A DNA stretch of 63,785 nucleotides, the filler included, from Octopus bimaculoides (taxonomy: Eukaryota): the NCBI RefSeq assembly GCF_001194135.2. It is 8 parts of 8 records of this genome, joined end to end, with 100 filler letters (N's around TTAATTAATTAA, not from the genome) between each part and the next. Parts side by side here need not be neighbours in the genome. Positions count along the whole stretch, not along the records: positions 21,004 to 43,218 come from NC_068999.1; 7 more parts are not named here. One strand, given 5' to 3'. Position numbers and translations under genes: made by a program. Position 1 is the stretch's first letter; each line of letters begins with the position of its first letter. This document shows, piece after piece, positions 26,013 to 39,445 of this stretch. The notes beneath the pieces were generated by a model. The model was given only the letters and a program-made list of their open reading frames with translations, searched no databases and was not told where the DNA came from.

Positions 26013-26968
26013 GTATATATACTCAGGTCTACGGAAAATTAGATATGTCTACGTATGTTTATACATATATATGTACGCACACACGCATGTCTATAAATAT
26101 ACAAATATACATATATGCATATACATATCATACATAGATTATAACACACATATATACATATACATACATATATGTGTGTATGTTAATACAAACATTCTTA
26201 TATCTTTACACACACAAATATATACACACACACATGGCCCCAAGGACATATACAATAAGAGAGTGGGAGCGAGGCTAAAATAGACATACAAGACTATGTA
26301 AGTATTTATGAATATTATACAGATTGCGTAAAATCCAAAACTGCTTTTAAAGTAAAAAGTAAAGTCAAACGAAGAAAGCAACTCAATGCTCATAAACAAA
26401 AGCATGCTTAGACCTAAAGATTTAGCGGAGTGGAATATCAGAATATAAAATAGAGAGTATGTCAAGACGAACAAGCTGAAGTCGATTAGTCAAAACGGAC
26501 GGAAGAGGCAGCATAATTTGTTGGATCCAGCATGGTTTTTTTTACAACAGTGTGTGATATTTTAGCTTCAAGCGGATTGTTACAGTGCATTATACTACAT
26601 ACGTGTGCATTAGTCTGGATATATGTCTCCTTTCACTTCTTAGAATATATATATATATATGAATTAAATAGACGCAAGGGAAGGCAAACTATACAAGTTT
26701 AAGTCAGATTAAGTCGGCTGTTATGCACGCACGTATATATATATATATGAATTAAATAGACGCAAGGGAAGGCAAACTATANNNNNNNNNNNNNNNNNNN
26801 NNNNNNNNNNNNNNNNNNNNNNNNNNNNNNNNNNNNNNNNNNNNNNNNNNNNNNNNNNNNNNNNNNNNNNNNNNNNNNNNNNNNNNNNNNNNNNNNNNNN
26901 NNNNNNNNNNNNNNNNNNNNNNNNNNNNNATGTATGTATGTATATACACGTTATTATGTGTTTTGCAT

Positions 26969-27110
26969 GGGGCGGCGAGCTGGCAGAATCATTAGCACGC
27001 CGGAAAAAAATGCTTAGCATAGGTCGTCCATTCTTACGTGGTGAGTTCACATGCTGTTGTGGTGAATTTTGCTTTTTATTCTCTCGGGGTCGGGTCCTGG
27101 AAATCGACCA
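26969..27110 (+). mobile_element. SINE family B head (degenerate)
   Basis: GGCGGCGAGCTGGCAGAATCATTAGCACGCCGG, the reverse complement of the ends seen at ~59770 and ~60517. Confidence 0.6.
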
Positions 27111-27210
27111 ATTCTTCCCCAACCACCAACACCCCAAAACTGTTAGCTCTGTACCAAAATGGCAAACCAACATGCCTACATGTGTCTGTTTGTATACGCC
27201 TGTGTGTGTG

Positions 27211-27253
<43 letters not shown>

Positions 27254-27719
27254 GTATGTATGATGATTCTGCCAGCTCGCTATATCAAATATAAACAGAT
27301 CAAAATGTGTATTTACATAGATACATATAAACTTATGTATGTATATAAATGGACAAACACGTATATATCTAAATGACTCTCTCTTTCTATCTATCTATAT
27401 ATCTATCTGTCTATCTATCTATGTGTGTGTGTGGGCACAATCATCATATATGGATTGTTGAAACAATAAATAAGTTTTTCAAATGAAATAGCTCCCAGTA
27501 GTAAATGGGAATTCCGATGATATCGAGGTGACACGGATCAGCTGCGGATGTAGTTGACTGTTCATATACACTCCTGGCAATTCAATAGATAACATAATTC
27601 CAGTATTTTTTCTCGTATATATCGGATAATTTCTCTCAGCATCCCGTAATATTTGCCAAAAATATTCTTCTTAGAAACATTAACGCATTTCACATTATGT
27701 AGTTGTATTTGGCTGACAT

Positions 27720-27837
27720 ACTCGTCTACTCTGTGTTAGTATTAATACTACTGATGTAGCTTTTGTTACTACTACTACTACTACGACTACTACTACTACT
27801 ACTACTACTACTAACATAACATAGTTCTTACCACTAT
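27720..27837 (+). repeat. Direct repeat, copy 1 (copy 2 at ~29305-29423)
   Basis: TCGTCTACTCTGTGTTAGTATTAATACTACTGATGTAGCTTTTG(TTA/CTA)n..AACATAACATAGTTCTTACCACTA occurs twice. Confidence 0.9.
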
Positions 27838-28113
27838 TTGTTGGCTGACATGTATGCACGAATGTGTGGTGTATGTGTGTGTGTGTGAGAGGGAGAGCAT
27901 GTGTGTGTGTGTGTGTAGTTATCCATGCACACACACATGTCTATATATAAACATATGTATATATGTATATGTATATATATATATGTATATATATATGTGT
28001 ATATATATATTTATATATATATATAATGTATATATGCATGTATATATATATATTTATATATATATATACACACATACATATGTATAAGTATATATATACA
28101 TACATACATTGAC

Positions 28114-28182
<69 letters not shown>

Positions 28183-28395
28183 TGCATATATGTACGTATC
28201 TATCTGTTTGCCTGCCTGTCTTTCCTTCCTCCCTTCTTTATTTCTTTCTTTCGTTCTATCTTTCTTTGTATCTCTATCTCTGAGTGTTTGTATATGTATA
28301 CACACACATGCATACATACATATATATGGAAAGATATATACACTCATTGTCACTTTATATATCAACACAACACCAAACTAACTGAAGCGGTACTA

Positions 28396-28462
<67 letters not shown>

Positions 28463-28859
28463 TTACGTACCTACCGACCTACCTAAACATACGCATATAT
28501 GTACACATGTACACATAAACGGATATAACCTTGTATTAGCAAGGATTTCTCATTCTTCCATGTTTACCTATCCAGTAAAAAGTATAAATTTTCTCTGCCA
28601 AATCTCTTATTTATTCACTTTCATCTCGTCGACTGTTGCGTCGAATTCCTGTTTTAAAACAACACAACGCAACACCTCAGCTAACCACATTTATAAACGG
28701 AAGTTCATATCCGCCATTTTGTCTTCTTTGACTTTTCCATTAATACGTTTGTTTAGCATCTTACAACGAACCTAATTTTCTATGTCAATTCCTCGCTTGC
28801 TATTCTTTCGGATTTTGTTACAGCTAATATTGGTATTACGGCTATTGTTATCATACGTT

Positions 28860-29348
28860 GTTATTGTTGCGAATTATTATGGTTTGCTGGTCCTGTTTTT
28901 GTTTGTTTTTTAGATATTCGTCTTGTTACCATCAGCATCATCATCACGATGATAATATGATAAATGCTGGTGATGATGACAATGATGATGATGATGATGA
29001 TGATGAAGACGACAATATTGATGACTGACATGACGATGACAATCATTATCATCATTTTGCTGTTGTTGTTGTTGCTCTTCTTCTTCTTCTTCTTCTTCTT
29101 CTTCTTCTTCTTCTTCTTCTTCTTCTTCTTCTTCTTCTTCTTCTTCTTCTTCTTCGTCTTCTTCTTCTTCTCTCTGTTGTTCCCCCTCCTCCTCCATCGT
29201 CTTTAGCCCTTGTTGCTGTTGCTGTTGTTGTTATTGTTGTTGCTGCTGTTGATTTTACTAACATTCCACCACCACCACCACCACTTCCTCATCTCCCTCT
29301 ATTTCGTCTACTCTGTGTTAGTATTAATACTACTGATGTAGCTTTTGT

Positions 29349-29401
<53 letters not shown>

Positions 29402-29508
29402 ACATAACATAGTTCTTACCACTATGGTTTTTGTTTCCAGGCAATATATAAGCCAGTATGACAGTTCCTTAATTTTTTTCAACTTGATTCGTCTTCATAT
29501 TATTACCA

Positions 29509-29567
<59 letters not shown>

Positions 29568-29589
29568 GTTATTATTATTATTATTATTA

Positions 29590-29644
<55 letters not shown>

Positions 29645-29658
29645 CATTATTATTATCA

Positions 29659-29708
<50 letters not shown>
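28860..29708. repeat. Compound trinucleotide microsatellite cluster: (CAT),(GAT),(GTT),(CTT),(CCA),(ACT),(ATT)
   Basis: Direct inspection; accounts for the homopolymer ORFs here. Confidence 0.95.
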
Positions 29709-31297
29709 NNNNNNNNNNNNNNNNNNNNNNNNNNNNNNNNNNNNNNNNNNNNNNNNNNNNNNNNNNNNNNNNNNNNNNNNNNNNNNNNNNNNNNNNNNNN
29801 NNNNNNNNNNNNNNNNNNNNNNNNNNNNNNNNNNNNNNNNNNNNNNNNNNNNNNNNNNNNNNNNNNNNNNNNNNNNNNNNNNNNNNNNNNNNNNNNNNNN
29901 NNNNNNNNNNNNNNNNNNNNNNNNNNNNNNNNNNNNNNNNNNNNNNNNNNNNNNNNNNNNNNNNNNNNNNNNNNNNNNNNNNNNNNNNNNNNNNNNNNNN
30001 NNNNNNNNNNNNNNNNNNNNNNNNNNNNNNNNNNNNNNNNNNNNNNNNNNNNNNNNNNNNNNNNNNNNNNNNNNNNNNNNNNNNNNNNNNNNNNNNNNNN
30101 NNNNNNNNNNNNNNNNNNNNNNNNNNNNNNNNNNNNNNNNNNNNNNNNNNNNNNNNNNNNNNNNNNNNNNNNNNNNNNNNNNNNNNNNNNNNNNNNNNNN
30201 NNNNNNNNNNNNNNNNNNNNNNNNNNNNNNNNNNNNNNNNNNNNNNNNNNNNNNNNNNNNNNNNNNNNNNNNNNNNNNNNNNNNNNNNNNNNNNNNNNNN
30301 NNNNNNNNNNNNNNNNNNNNNNNNNNNNNNNNNNNNNNNNNNNNNNNNNNNNNNNNNNNNNNNNNNNNNNNNNNNNNNNNNNNNNNNNNNNNNNNNNNNN
30401 NNNNNNNNNNNNNNNNNNNNNNNNNNNNNNNNNNNNNNNNNNNNNNNNNNNNNNNNNNNNNNNNNNNNNNNNNNNNNNNNNNNNNNNNNNNNNNNNNNNN
30501 NNNNNNNNNNNNNNNNNNNNNNNNNNNNNNNNNNNNNNNNNNNNNNNNNNNNNNNNNNNNNNNNNNNNNNNNNNNNNNNNNNNNNNNNNNNNNNNNNNNN
30601 NNNNNNNNNNNNNNNNNNNNNNNNNNNNNNNNNNNNNNNNNNNNNNNNNNNNNNNNNNNNNNNNNNNNNNNNNNNNNNNNNNNNNNNNNNNNNNNNNNNN
30701 NNNNNATATATATATATATATATATACATTCATAACCTCACGAAAATCAATCTCATGTGACCTGGAAAAGCTAGAAGACTGTAGGGAAAATCCCCATTCA
30801 AATAATTGAACTCTGTAAGAATGTAACATAAAGAGGTAACGAATACACGGAGAAATCCTATGAGCCCCAGGATATATCGTATTAGATCAATATCTATTAC
30901 ACACTTGGAATTACTGTGTAGTCACGCCGGCCCCTCGAGATGGATATGATTTTTTGCGTTCTATATATCTGGATGTCTCTCTGTATTTCTGTCTGTTTCG
31001 TTCTGCGTTTATTCTATCTACTTATACACTCACTCTCACTCACACACACACACACATACAAACGCACACAGATACACACATACCGTATACCATGAATATA
31101 TTTATACATATATTTATTCATGTAATCATACACGTAAATATGTATATATATTCCTCATTCAAGCATCCATATAGAAATAAATAAATACACATACATACAT
31201 ATTTATATATATACATATACGTACATATATGCATGCACACCCACGTACACTCGCACACACATACACACACATTACGAATATATATACATATATAAAT

Positions 31298-31660
31298 TCA
31301 GTACCAGGTAGTGCAAGATCCTAGGGTTCAAATGCCCACGGTTTTTCAGTGCCCTGTCACAAAAATTTAGGAATCTGCGTAAGGAGGAAGTAGGTGCCTT
31401 TAGAAAGGAACTAGACATCCTCCTCTCCACACTACCGGCTGAACCAATGGCCCGAAATGAGGTGCAGACGAGGGCAGCGGAATCAAAGTCCCTTATATAC
31501 CTACCAAATGGGACAACAATTAAGGGAAAGGCTTACACAGGAGTGGTAATTGCGAAACACGTCAGATTGAGGAAATCAATAAAACGGCAGTGGTGCTCCA
31601 GCTTGACCATAACTGCATGGCTGAAACGAATAAAAGAATAAACGAATAAAAGAATAAACG
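31298..31660 (+). mobile_element. 3' end of a second CR1/L2-group LINE
   Basis: LGFKCPRFFSAL...FRKELDILLSTLPAEP...RAAESKSLIY aligns with the C-terminus of 18768-20260. The tail GTGGTGCTCCAGC...CTGAAAC is followed by (AAACGAATAAAAGAAT)n. Confidence 0.7.
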
Positions 31661-31686
31661 AATATATATATATACATATATATATT

Positions 31687-31722
<36 letters not shown>

Positions 31723-32768
31723 TGTGTGTGTATATGTATATATATATATATNNNNNNNNNNNNNNNNNNNNNNNNNNNNNNNNNNNNNNNNNNNNNNNNN
31801 NNNNNNNNNNNNNNNNNNNNNNNNNNNNNNNNNNNNNNNNNNNNNNNNNNNNNNNNNNNNNNNNNNNNNNNNNNNNNNNNNNNNNNNNNNNNNNNNNNNN
31901 NNNNNNNNNNNNNNNNNNNNNNNNNNNNNNNNNNNNNNNNNNNNNNNNNNNNNNNNNNNNNNNNNNNNNNNNNNNNNNNNNNNNNNNNNNNNNNNNNNNN
32001 NNNNNNNNNNNNNNNNNNNNNNNNNNNAAACGAATAAAAGAATAAACGAATATATATATATACATACATACATATATATGTATATGTATATACACAAAAT
32101 AGAAAGCCTACAAAGAAATAAGTCATAAAGACTAGCATCGTTAAAAGTACATCTTCTATGGAATATAAATGAAAGTTGGTCAAATTTTGGCCAGTTCAAT
32201 AGACTTTTCGGTCTATTGGTCTTGAATAGACAACGGAGAAAGAGTAACGTGTTGTTATGGGTCTGCATGTGACTGGTCAGATCAACAGCTCTTTCATCTT
32301 TCTCTAATCTCTGATATGGCAAGAGCAAATACGGTTGTCTATTCACGATTAACGTAAATCGATATTTCCGATGTGTTATGTTCCTTCTAGTTTAATTATT
32401 GCCAAGACAGAAACTCTCCTTTTTCCTCAGATTACTGTACATTCATTCATTGAAGTTAGAGAACATTGAAGTTAGAGAACATTTGTACTTTTATATTGTT
32501 ACTCATATCAAAGTATTTTTTGTTATGTTTACGCAATATTCATTCTTACGTATCTACAGTCTAACAAAAGAAGATATACGCGAAGGGTCGCCATGCTAGA
32601 GAGAGTAAAAGAAGAGAAAATCACGTAATATCATCCACGAAATAGTGATAGACAATGTATCAGCTTTAACCTTGGGTCATATTGTTAAAAGTCGCTTATA
32701 CTGATGTGAAACTGTAAATACAAAAGCCAATCATGTAGTATAGATAGATATACTACATGATATACTAT

Positions 32769-33283
32769 AGGCGTAGGAGTGGGTGTGTAGTAAGAAGCTT
32801 GCGTACGGACCACATGGTTCCGGGTTCAGTCCCACTGCGTGACACCTTGGGCAAGTGTCTTCTACTATAGCCTCGGGCCGACCAAATCCTTTTGAGTGGA
32901 TTTGGTAGACGGAAACTGAAAGAAGCCCGTCGTATATATATNNNNNNNNNNNNNNNNNNNNNNNNNNNNNNNNNNNNNNNNNNNNNNNNNNNNNNNNNNN
33001 NNNNNNNNNNNNNNNNNNNNNNNNNNNNNNNNNNNNNTGTGTGTGTGTGTGTGTGTGTGTGTATGTTTGTGTGTCTGTGTTTGTCCCCCAACATCGCTTG
33101 ACAACCGATGCTGGTGTGTTTACGTCCCCGTAACTTAGCGTTTCGGCAAAGGAGACCCGATAGAATAAGTACTAGGCTTACAAAGAATAGGTCCTGGGGT
33201 CGATTTGCTTGACTAAAAGCGGTGCTCCAGCATGGCCGCAGTCAAATGACTGAAACAAGTAAAAGAGTGAAAGAGTAAAAGAG
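32769..33283 (+). mobile_element. SINE family A, best-preserved copy
   Basis: tRNA-like head with B box GGTTCAGTCCC, CCTTGGGCAAG core, internal (TA)n/(GT)n and tail GTGCTCCAGCATGGCCGCAGTCAAATGACTGAAAC(AAAAGAGT)n. Confidence 0.9.
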
Positions 33284-33740
33284 AATATTATTAATAATAA
33301 TAGTCTCTCGTAATCCGAGAAAGACGATTGTGCAAAATCATGCTGGAAAATTGGAACAAATGATATTTCTATAGTGATCGAGTGTATGTGCTGTGCATTA
33401 GTGCACTTCCTCTGCCAGATCGACGTTGCCCCGCGGTTAGGTGCCTAAGGGATCGCAGAGCAACGCGAAATGAATTGCTTTGATCAAGAATACGTAACAC
33501 CATGCAGTCTATGACCTGGAAATATGATATCACAATCTTCAGTGCAGCACCTTAACAATTAGGCCATGCACCTTCATAAACACATACCTAAATACATACA
33601 TGCATATCTATATGTTTGTATGTATGTATGTATGTATGTATGTATGTATGTATGTATGTATGTATGTATGTATGTATGTATGTATGTGTCTAGTGCTATT
33701 ATTTAACAACCAAATACGGTTTTGGATTACGTCCTCATCG

Positions 33741-33906
33741 TCTTTTCTACTCTGGGCACAAGGCCCGAAATTTTTTTGGGAGTGGGGCTAGTTGATTAGA
33801 TCGACCCCCAGTACGCAACTGGTACTTAATTTATCGACCCCGAAAGGATGAAAGGCAAAGTCGACCTCGGCGGAAATTGAAATCTGAACGTAAAGACAGA
33901 TGAAAT
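33741..33906 (-). mobile_element. SINE family B
   Basis: GGCACAAGGCCCGAAAT...TCGACCCCGAAAGGATGAAAGGCAAAGTCGACCTCGGCGGAA. Confidence 0.85.
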
Positions 33907-34184
33907 TTACATCTTCATACTAGCTATTTTTATATTCATTTTCTTTTTCTACCGTAGTTCGTTTAGATTTATGCAACTAGAGATGGAAATAGGTGTTCCA
34001 CCAAATGTTTAGAGGACGTGTATAGTGCATTTAAGAAAGTCTTGCAACAACACATTATTTCCAGTATTTCTAACATGTAAATCACTTCATTAAATTCACT
34101 ATTATTTCGTACATTAAAAAGGAAAATAAAAAAAAAATCTGTACATGTGTTTGTGTGTGTATGTATGCATCAATTTATATGTAT

Positions 34185-34279
<95 letters not shown>

Positions 34280-35034
34280 CATGCACATACGCACTCACAC
34301 ACACATACATATAAATATCCAATATAAAAGTACTCCATACTTCGCATAGCGCTTATGGTTTCCTTACCAAGTCGTACAATTTTTTCTTCTTATTCTTTGA
34401 ATAAAACTAAATTTTTCGGTGCAGCCACTTTATAAGGTATCGGATTCTGCCTATGATGACCGTGGTTGTGACATATATGAGTTTCATGTATTCGCTGTTT
34501 CTGCGTTTTTTCACCTTTTACTTAAGCCATATAATAATGGTTGAGCAGAAAAATTGTTGAAGAAAATACTCGAAGATTACGATATCAAGGGTACTGTCAG
34601 AATTTTTCATATTTCTATGAAGAATATTACATTAAATTGCTCACATTTCTTATTTCGCATCTTCTGTTTTCTAATTATAAATCGGTGTGAATAGTGAATC
34701 AGTGTGGGTAATTGAAGCCGTGAAAGTAGGACGGCCAGTTCGATTATTCCGTCGTTCCGTCATCCCGTCATAACGTTGTTGGTTATTCTGCTTCAATGAC
34801 TCGTGTTCATTTACTCGGCGAGAAAGATATCAAGTAACTGGTTTTCGTGGACAATCAGCCCTTTAAGACGAGTATAACGAAACAACACTAACGCAATATT
34901 GAAAATAAATTAAGAGAGAATACTGATCAATATATGAACACACCCTCAATATAACCCTGTAGTAATACATGTATAGATGCACTCACACACACACACACAC
35001 ACGCACGCACTCGCACACGCGCACACACACATAT

Positions 35035-35564
35035 GCTAGCCTAAGAACCCGGCGTTGTTCGGAAGTTTGAAGAATGTTAAAGGAAATAAATATATTTATT
35101 CTGATAAAAAAAAACATATTTTCAGAAAAATCACATCAGACGCCGTGAGTATAAACAAAGTTATTAAAACGGATCCTGAAATCGATCACAGCTTAATTCT
35201 GTAGATCGATCAGGTTAGTAAAGTTTTAAAGTTTTTGGTGACAACATATTATCTCTTATAATTAAATATTGAAAAAGCGAGAAAAAATGTCACCCTCTCT
35301 TTTGTAGGGTGCACTACATCGTCGCTAACAATTTCCAATGTCTAATACGTAAATGTACGACCTTTAGGCCTTTATGAAGGGTGAGTAACAGGAAGGTTAA
35401 GGGGGGGGGTACTCGGGAGAGGGGTGGGGAGTTTGGAAGGGTAGGGGAGAGGTTTATCAACCCCCTTCCCCTTTACCCGGTGGTATAATTGAAAAGGGTA
35501 TAGGGAACGGTATAGAAGGGGGCCGCAGGGAAGGGAGGCGTCGCCCCCACTTTTGCCGGCTAGT
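35035..35564. mobile_element. Putative non-autonomous Helitron-like element
   Basis: Begins GCTAGCCTAAGAACCCGGCGTTG and ends with a GC-rich hairpin-like segment then GCCGGCTAGT; no TSD seen. Confidence 0.5.
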
Positions 35565-35612
35565 ATTTAATGTTAGTTATCAGCATATCAGCATACAATA
35601 TTTTAAAATCTC

Positions 35613-35915
35613 TATCCAAGTATAATTACTCACATCTGATTTAAAATAGAAATATCAAGTGTTAATAAATCAAATTGCTCCAAGAATATTAAAAATACGT
35701 AATGCAATTCATCAACATTTATCATTTTTCAATCGATATCCAAGAATAGATACACACATTGGATTTAAATATGAAATATCGAGTGCTAATAAGTCGAGTT
35801 GTTCCCAAAATATCCAAAATATGTATCCAAAGTTTATCAAGATATAACATTTTCTAATCCCTATCCAAGTAGAAATCGTCACGTCGGATTTAAATATTAA
35901 TATCGAGTGTACACT
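35613..35915 (+). repeat. ~124-bp diverged tandem repeat, about 2.5 units
   Basis: TATCCAAG...GATTTAAA...ATATC(A/G)AGTG starts at 35613, 35737 and 35862. Confidence 0.75.
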
Positions 35916-37676
35916 AGCTAATCTTATTAGGTCCATTCTACGAACAGTTATTTGAATAACTGATGTCGATATCTCTAACTAATGTCACGGGAATATAGAA
36001 CTTTAAAATTTATAAAGTTTATCGCATAAATCGAATGATATCCTACAGTGTATATTGCCTAAAGGACGACCGAACAAATGAAGGCCTTATATCAATGTAA
36101 TAAGAGTTTTCAAAGAGCGTGCGTCCGTATGAAGTCCTTTCGTTATTTAGAAACCTTACTGTTTCTCTTTCTTCTGAAAATTACATAAGTTGTGTGTAAC
36201 ATCGAATTTTAAGCTTTACATTATAGTAAATTCAATACCTCGCAGAGGCCTCCTGCGATGGCAGGGGTTGCAGGGGCCCAGCGCCGGCATTGGTGTAAAC
36301 AGACTTATGGCTTCGAGTTACAGTTAGGTTTAATATTTAGCGAATATGGTGTTATTGTAAACATCTACCAAATTTTTATGCAGTCACGATTATGTTTATT
36401 GGCAACCAACATTTGCGTGAAAGTTTTGGTGCGAATGCACGCGCGACAGTCTGATTCAGAAAAGTACTTCTTCTATACCTTGATGGCAATTCATTGGATT
36501 AATCCCAACAAAACACTACAAGTTTAGTCACTGGCTCAGCACCTATGTTTGTGTACTTCATTCTAAAATAGTAAAAACTTTAACACATCTCCAAAATGAG
36601 ACATATAATCTAGATCTTCCTATCTCATTCTAACATGGTAAATGATACTTCCTATCGGTGATAACCAGTCCGATATGGTATGTACGTACGTACGTACGTA
36701 CGTACGTATGTATGTATGTATGTATGTATGTATGTATGTATGTATGCATGCATGCATGCATATATATGTACATATATGTATGTTTATATGTATGTATGTA
36801 TGTATCTATCTCTGTATACACACATGTGTATGTGCCTGTGTATATATGTATGTATATATATATATACACACATATTTGCTTATATATGTTCATAGATACA
36901 TTACTAGAAGCATAATTCGGTTTATTGTACTTGTGTGGTGATATTTTTACAAACATTTATTCATTTACTTTTTGTATCCATAAAAATAAAGAAAATGAAC
37001 GAATAAAANNNNNNNNNNNNNNNNNNNNNNNNNNNNNNNNNNNNNNNNNNNNNNNNNNNNNNNNNNNNNNNNNNNNNNNNNNNNNNNNNNNNNNNNNNNN
37101 NNNNNNNNNNNNNNNNNNNNNNNNNNNNNNNNNNNNNNNNNNNNNNNNNNNNNNNNNNNNNNNNNNNNNNNNNNNNNNNNNNNNNNNNNNNNNNNNNNNN
37201 NNNNNNNNNNNNNNNNNNNNNNNNNNNNNNNNNNNNNNNNNNNNNNNNNNNNNNNNNNNNNNNNNNNNNNNNNNNNNNNNNNNNNNNNNNNNNNNNNNNN
37301 NNNNNNNNNNNNNNNNNNNNNNNNNNNNNNNNNNNNNNNNNNNNNNNNNNNNNNNNNNNNNNNNNNNNNNNNNNNNNNNNNNNNNNNNNNNNNNNNNNNN
37401 NNNNNNNNNNNNNNNNNNNNNNNNNNNNNNNNNNNNNNNNNNNNNNNNNNNNNNNNNNNNNNNNNNNNNNNNNNNNNNNNNNNNNNNNNNNNNNNNNNNN
37501 NNNNNNNNNNNNNNNNNNNNNNNNNNNNNNNNNNNNNNNNNNNNNNNNNNNNNNNNNNNNNNNNNNNNNNNNNNNNNNNNNNNNNNNNNNNNNNNNNNNN
37601 NNNNNNNNNNNNNNNNNNNNNNNNNNNNNNNNNNNNNNNNNNNNNNNNNNNNNNNNNNNNNNNNNNNNNNNNNNNN

Positions 37677-37707
<31 letters not shown>

Positions 37708-37798
37708 TCATATATATATGTGTGTGTGTATATATATACATATACATATATACATGCGTATACACATTTATACTTATATCTCTCTATCTCTCTCTTTG

Positions 37799-37879
<81 letters not shown>

Positions 37880-39391
37880 ATGTATACATATGTTTACATA
37901 TATATACATGCACATACATATATGCATGTACATATATACACATTACAAGATATATATATATATATGTTATATACATATATATGTGTATATAGATATATAT
38001 CTATGTATGTGTGTGTATATGTATCAATATATACATACATATATATATACATATACGCATATATAAGTGTGCATATGCATGTATGTATATATATATATGT
38101 ATGTATGTATGTCTATTTTATAAATATATATGTGTATATATATATATANNNNNNNNNNCGCGTATTATACGCTCGGTCAACGTTTTTCAACGGTAATGTA
38201 TGCTAATAAACTGCAAAGTCAACTACGAGAACGCACAGGCTCATACAACACATACATAACTCTCCTCGTCATCATAGCCACAAGCAATCCCCTATAGATA
38301 TATATAGCTGAGGAGATGGCACACGGTGACAATATGGCTGTTCTTGAAGTTTAAATTTATTGACAAAGTGCGGCGAAAATCCAATATCTTCAGGAGGAGG
38401 CCATAAACATTCTGCGAAATATGGAAAGCATATTCTCCGGTCGTGGAAATCTCGTACACATATATACGTGCACGCGCGCGTGTATAAATAAATATTATAC
38501 GTATATATGTGTGTATATATATATTTATATATAAATATATATATAAATATATAAATACATACNNNNNNNNNNNNNNNNNNNNNNNNNNNNNNNNNNNNNN
38601 NNNNNNNNNNNNNNNNNNNNNNNNNNNNNNNNNNNNNNNNNNNNNNNNNNNNNNNNNNNNNNNNNNNNNNNNNNNNNNNNNNNNNNNNNNNNNNNNNNNN
38701 NNNNNNNNNNNNNNNNNNNNNNNNNNNNNNNNNNNNNNNNNNNNNNNNNNNNNNNNNNNNNNNNNNNNNNNNNNNNNNNNNNNNNNNNNNNNNNNNNNNN
38801 NNNNNNNNNNNNNNNNNNNNNNNNNNNNNNNNNNNNNNNNNNNNNNNNNNNNNNNNNNNNNNNNNNNNNNNNNNNNNNNNNNNNNNNNNNNNNNNNNNNN
38901 NNNNNNNNNNNNNNNNNNNNNNNNNNNNNNNNNNNNNNNNNNNNNNNNNNNNNNNNNNNNNNNNNNNNNNNNNNNNNNNNNNNNNNNNNNNNNNNNNNNN
39001 NNNNNNNNNNNNNNNNNNNNNNNNNNNNNNNNNNNNNNNNNNNNNNNNNNNNNNNNNNNNNNNNNNNNNNNNNNNNNNNNNNNNNNNNNNNNTATATATA
39101 TATATATATATGTATGTATACATATTTATCTATCTATATATATGTAAGTATATATAGATACACATACACTTACATGTACAGCACATATGTATATATTTTC
39201 TTTGAAAGTTCATGCAGCAATGTTAAATGGAATCTAATTAAGTCTCTGATTTACCTGCTGCTGGTCGAGCGGTGGCTGGCGGAAAGGATATGGTGCGAAA
39301 TCTCCTAAAAATTTTGCTCACATCAACTAAACGGTCTCAGTTAATTCAGCGGAAAACACATCTCCATATCTTGGAGTATAGATAATAATGT

Positions 39392-39445
<54 letters not shown>

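Noticed and set aside
26647-26781. Duplicated ~45-bp segment next to a gap
   Set aside because: Identical copies at a contig end beside (TA)n; likely an assembly artefact.
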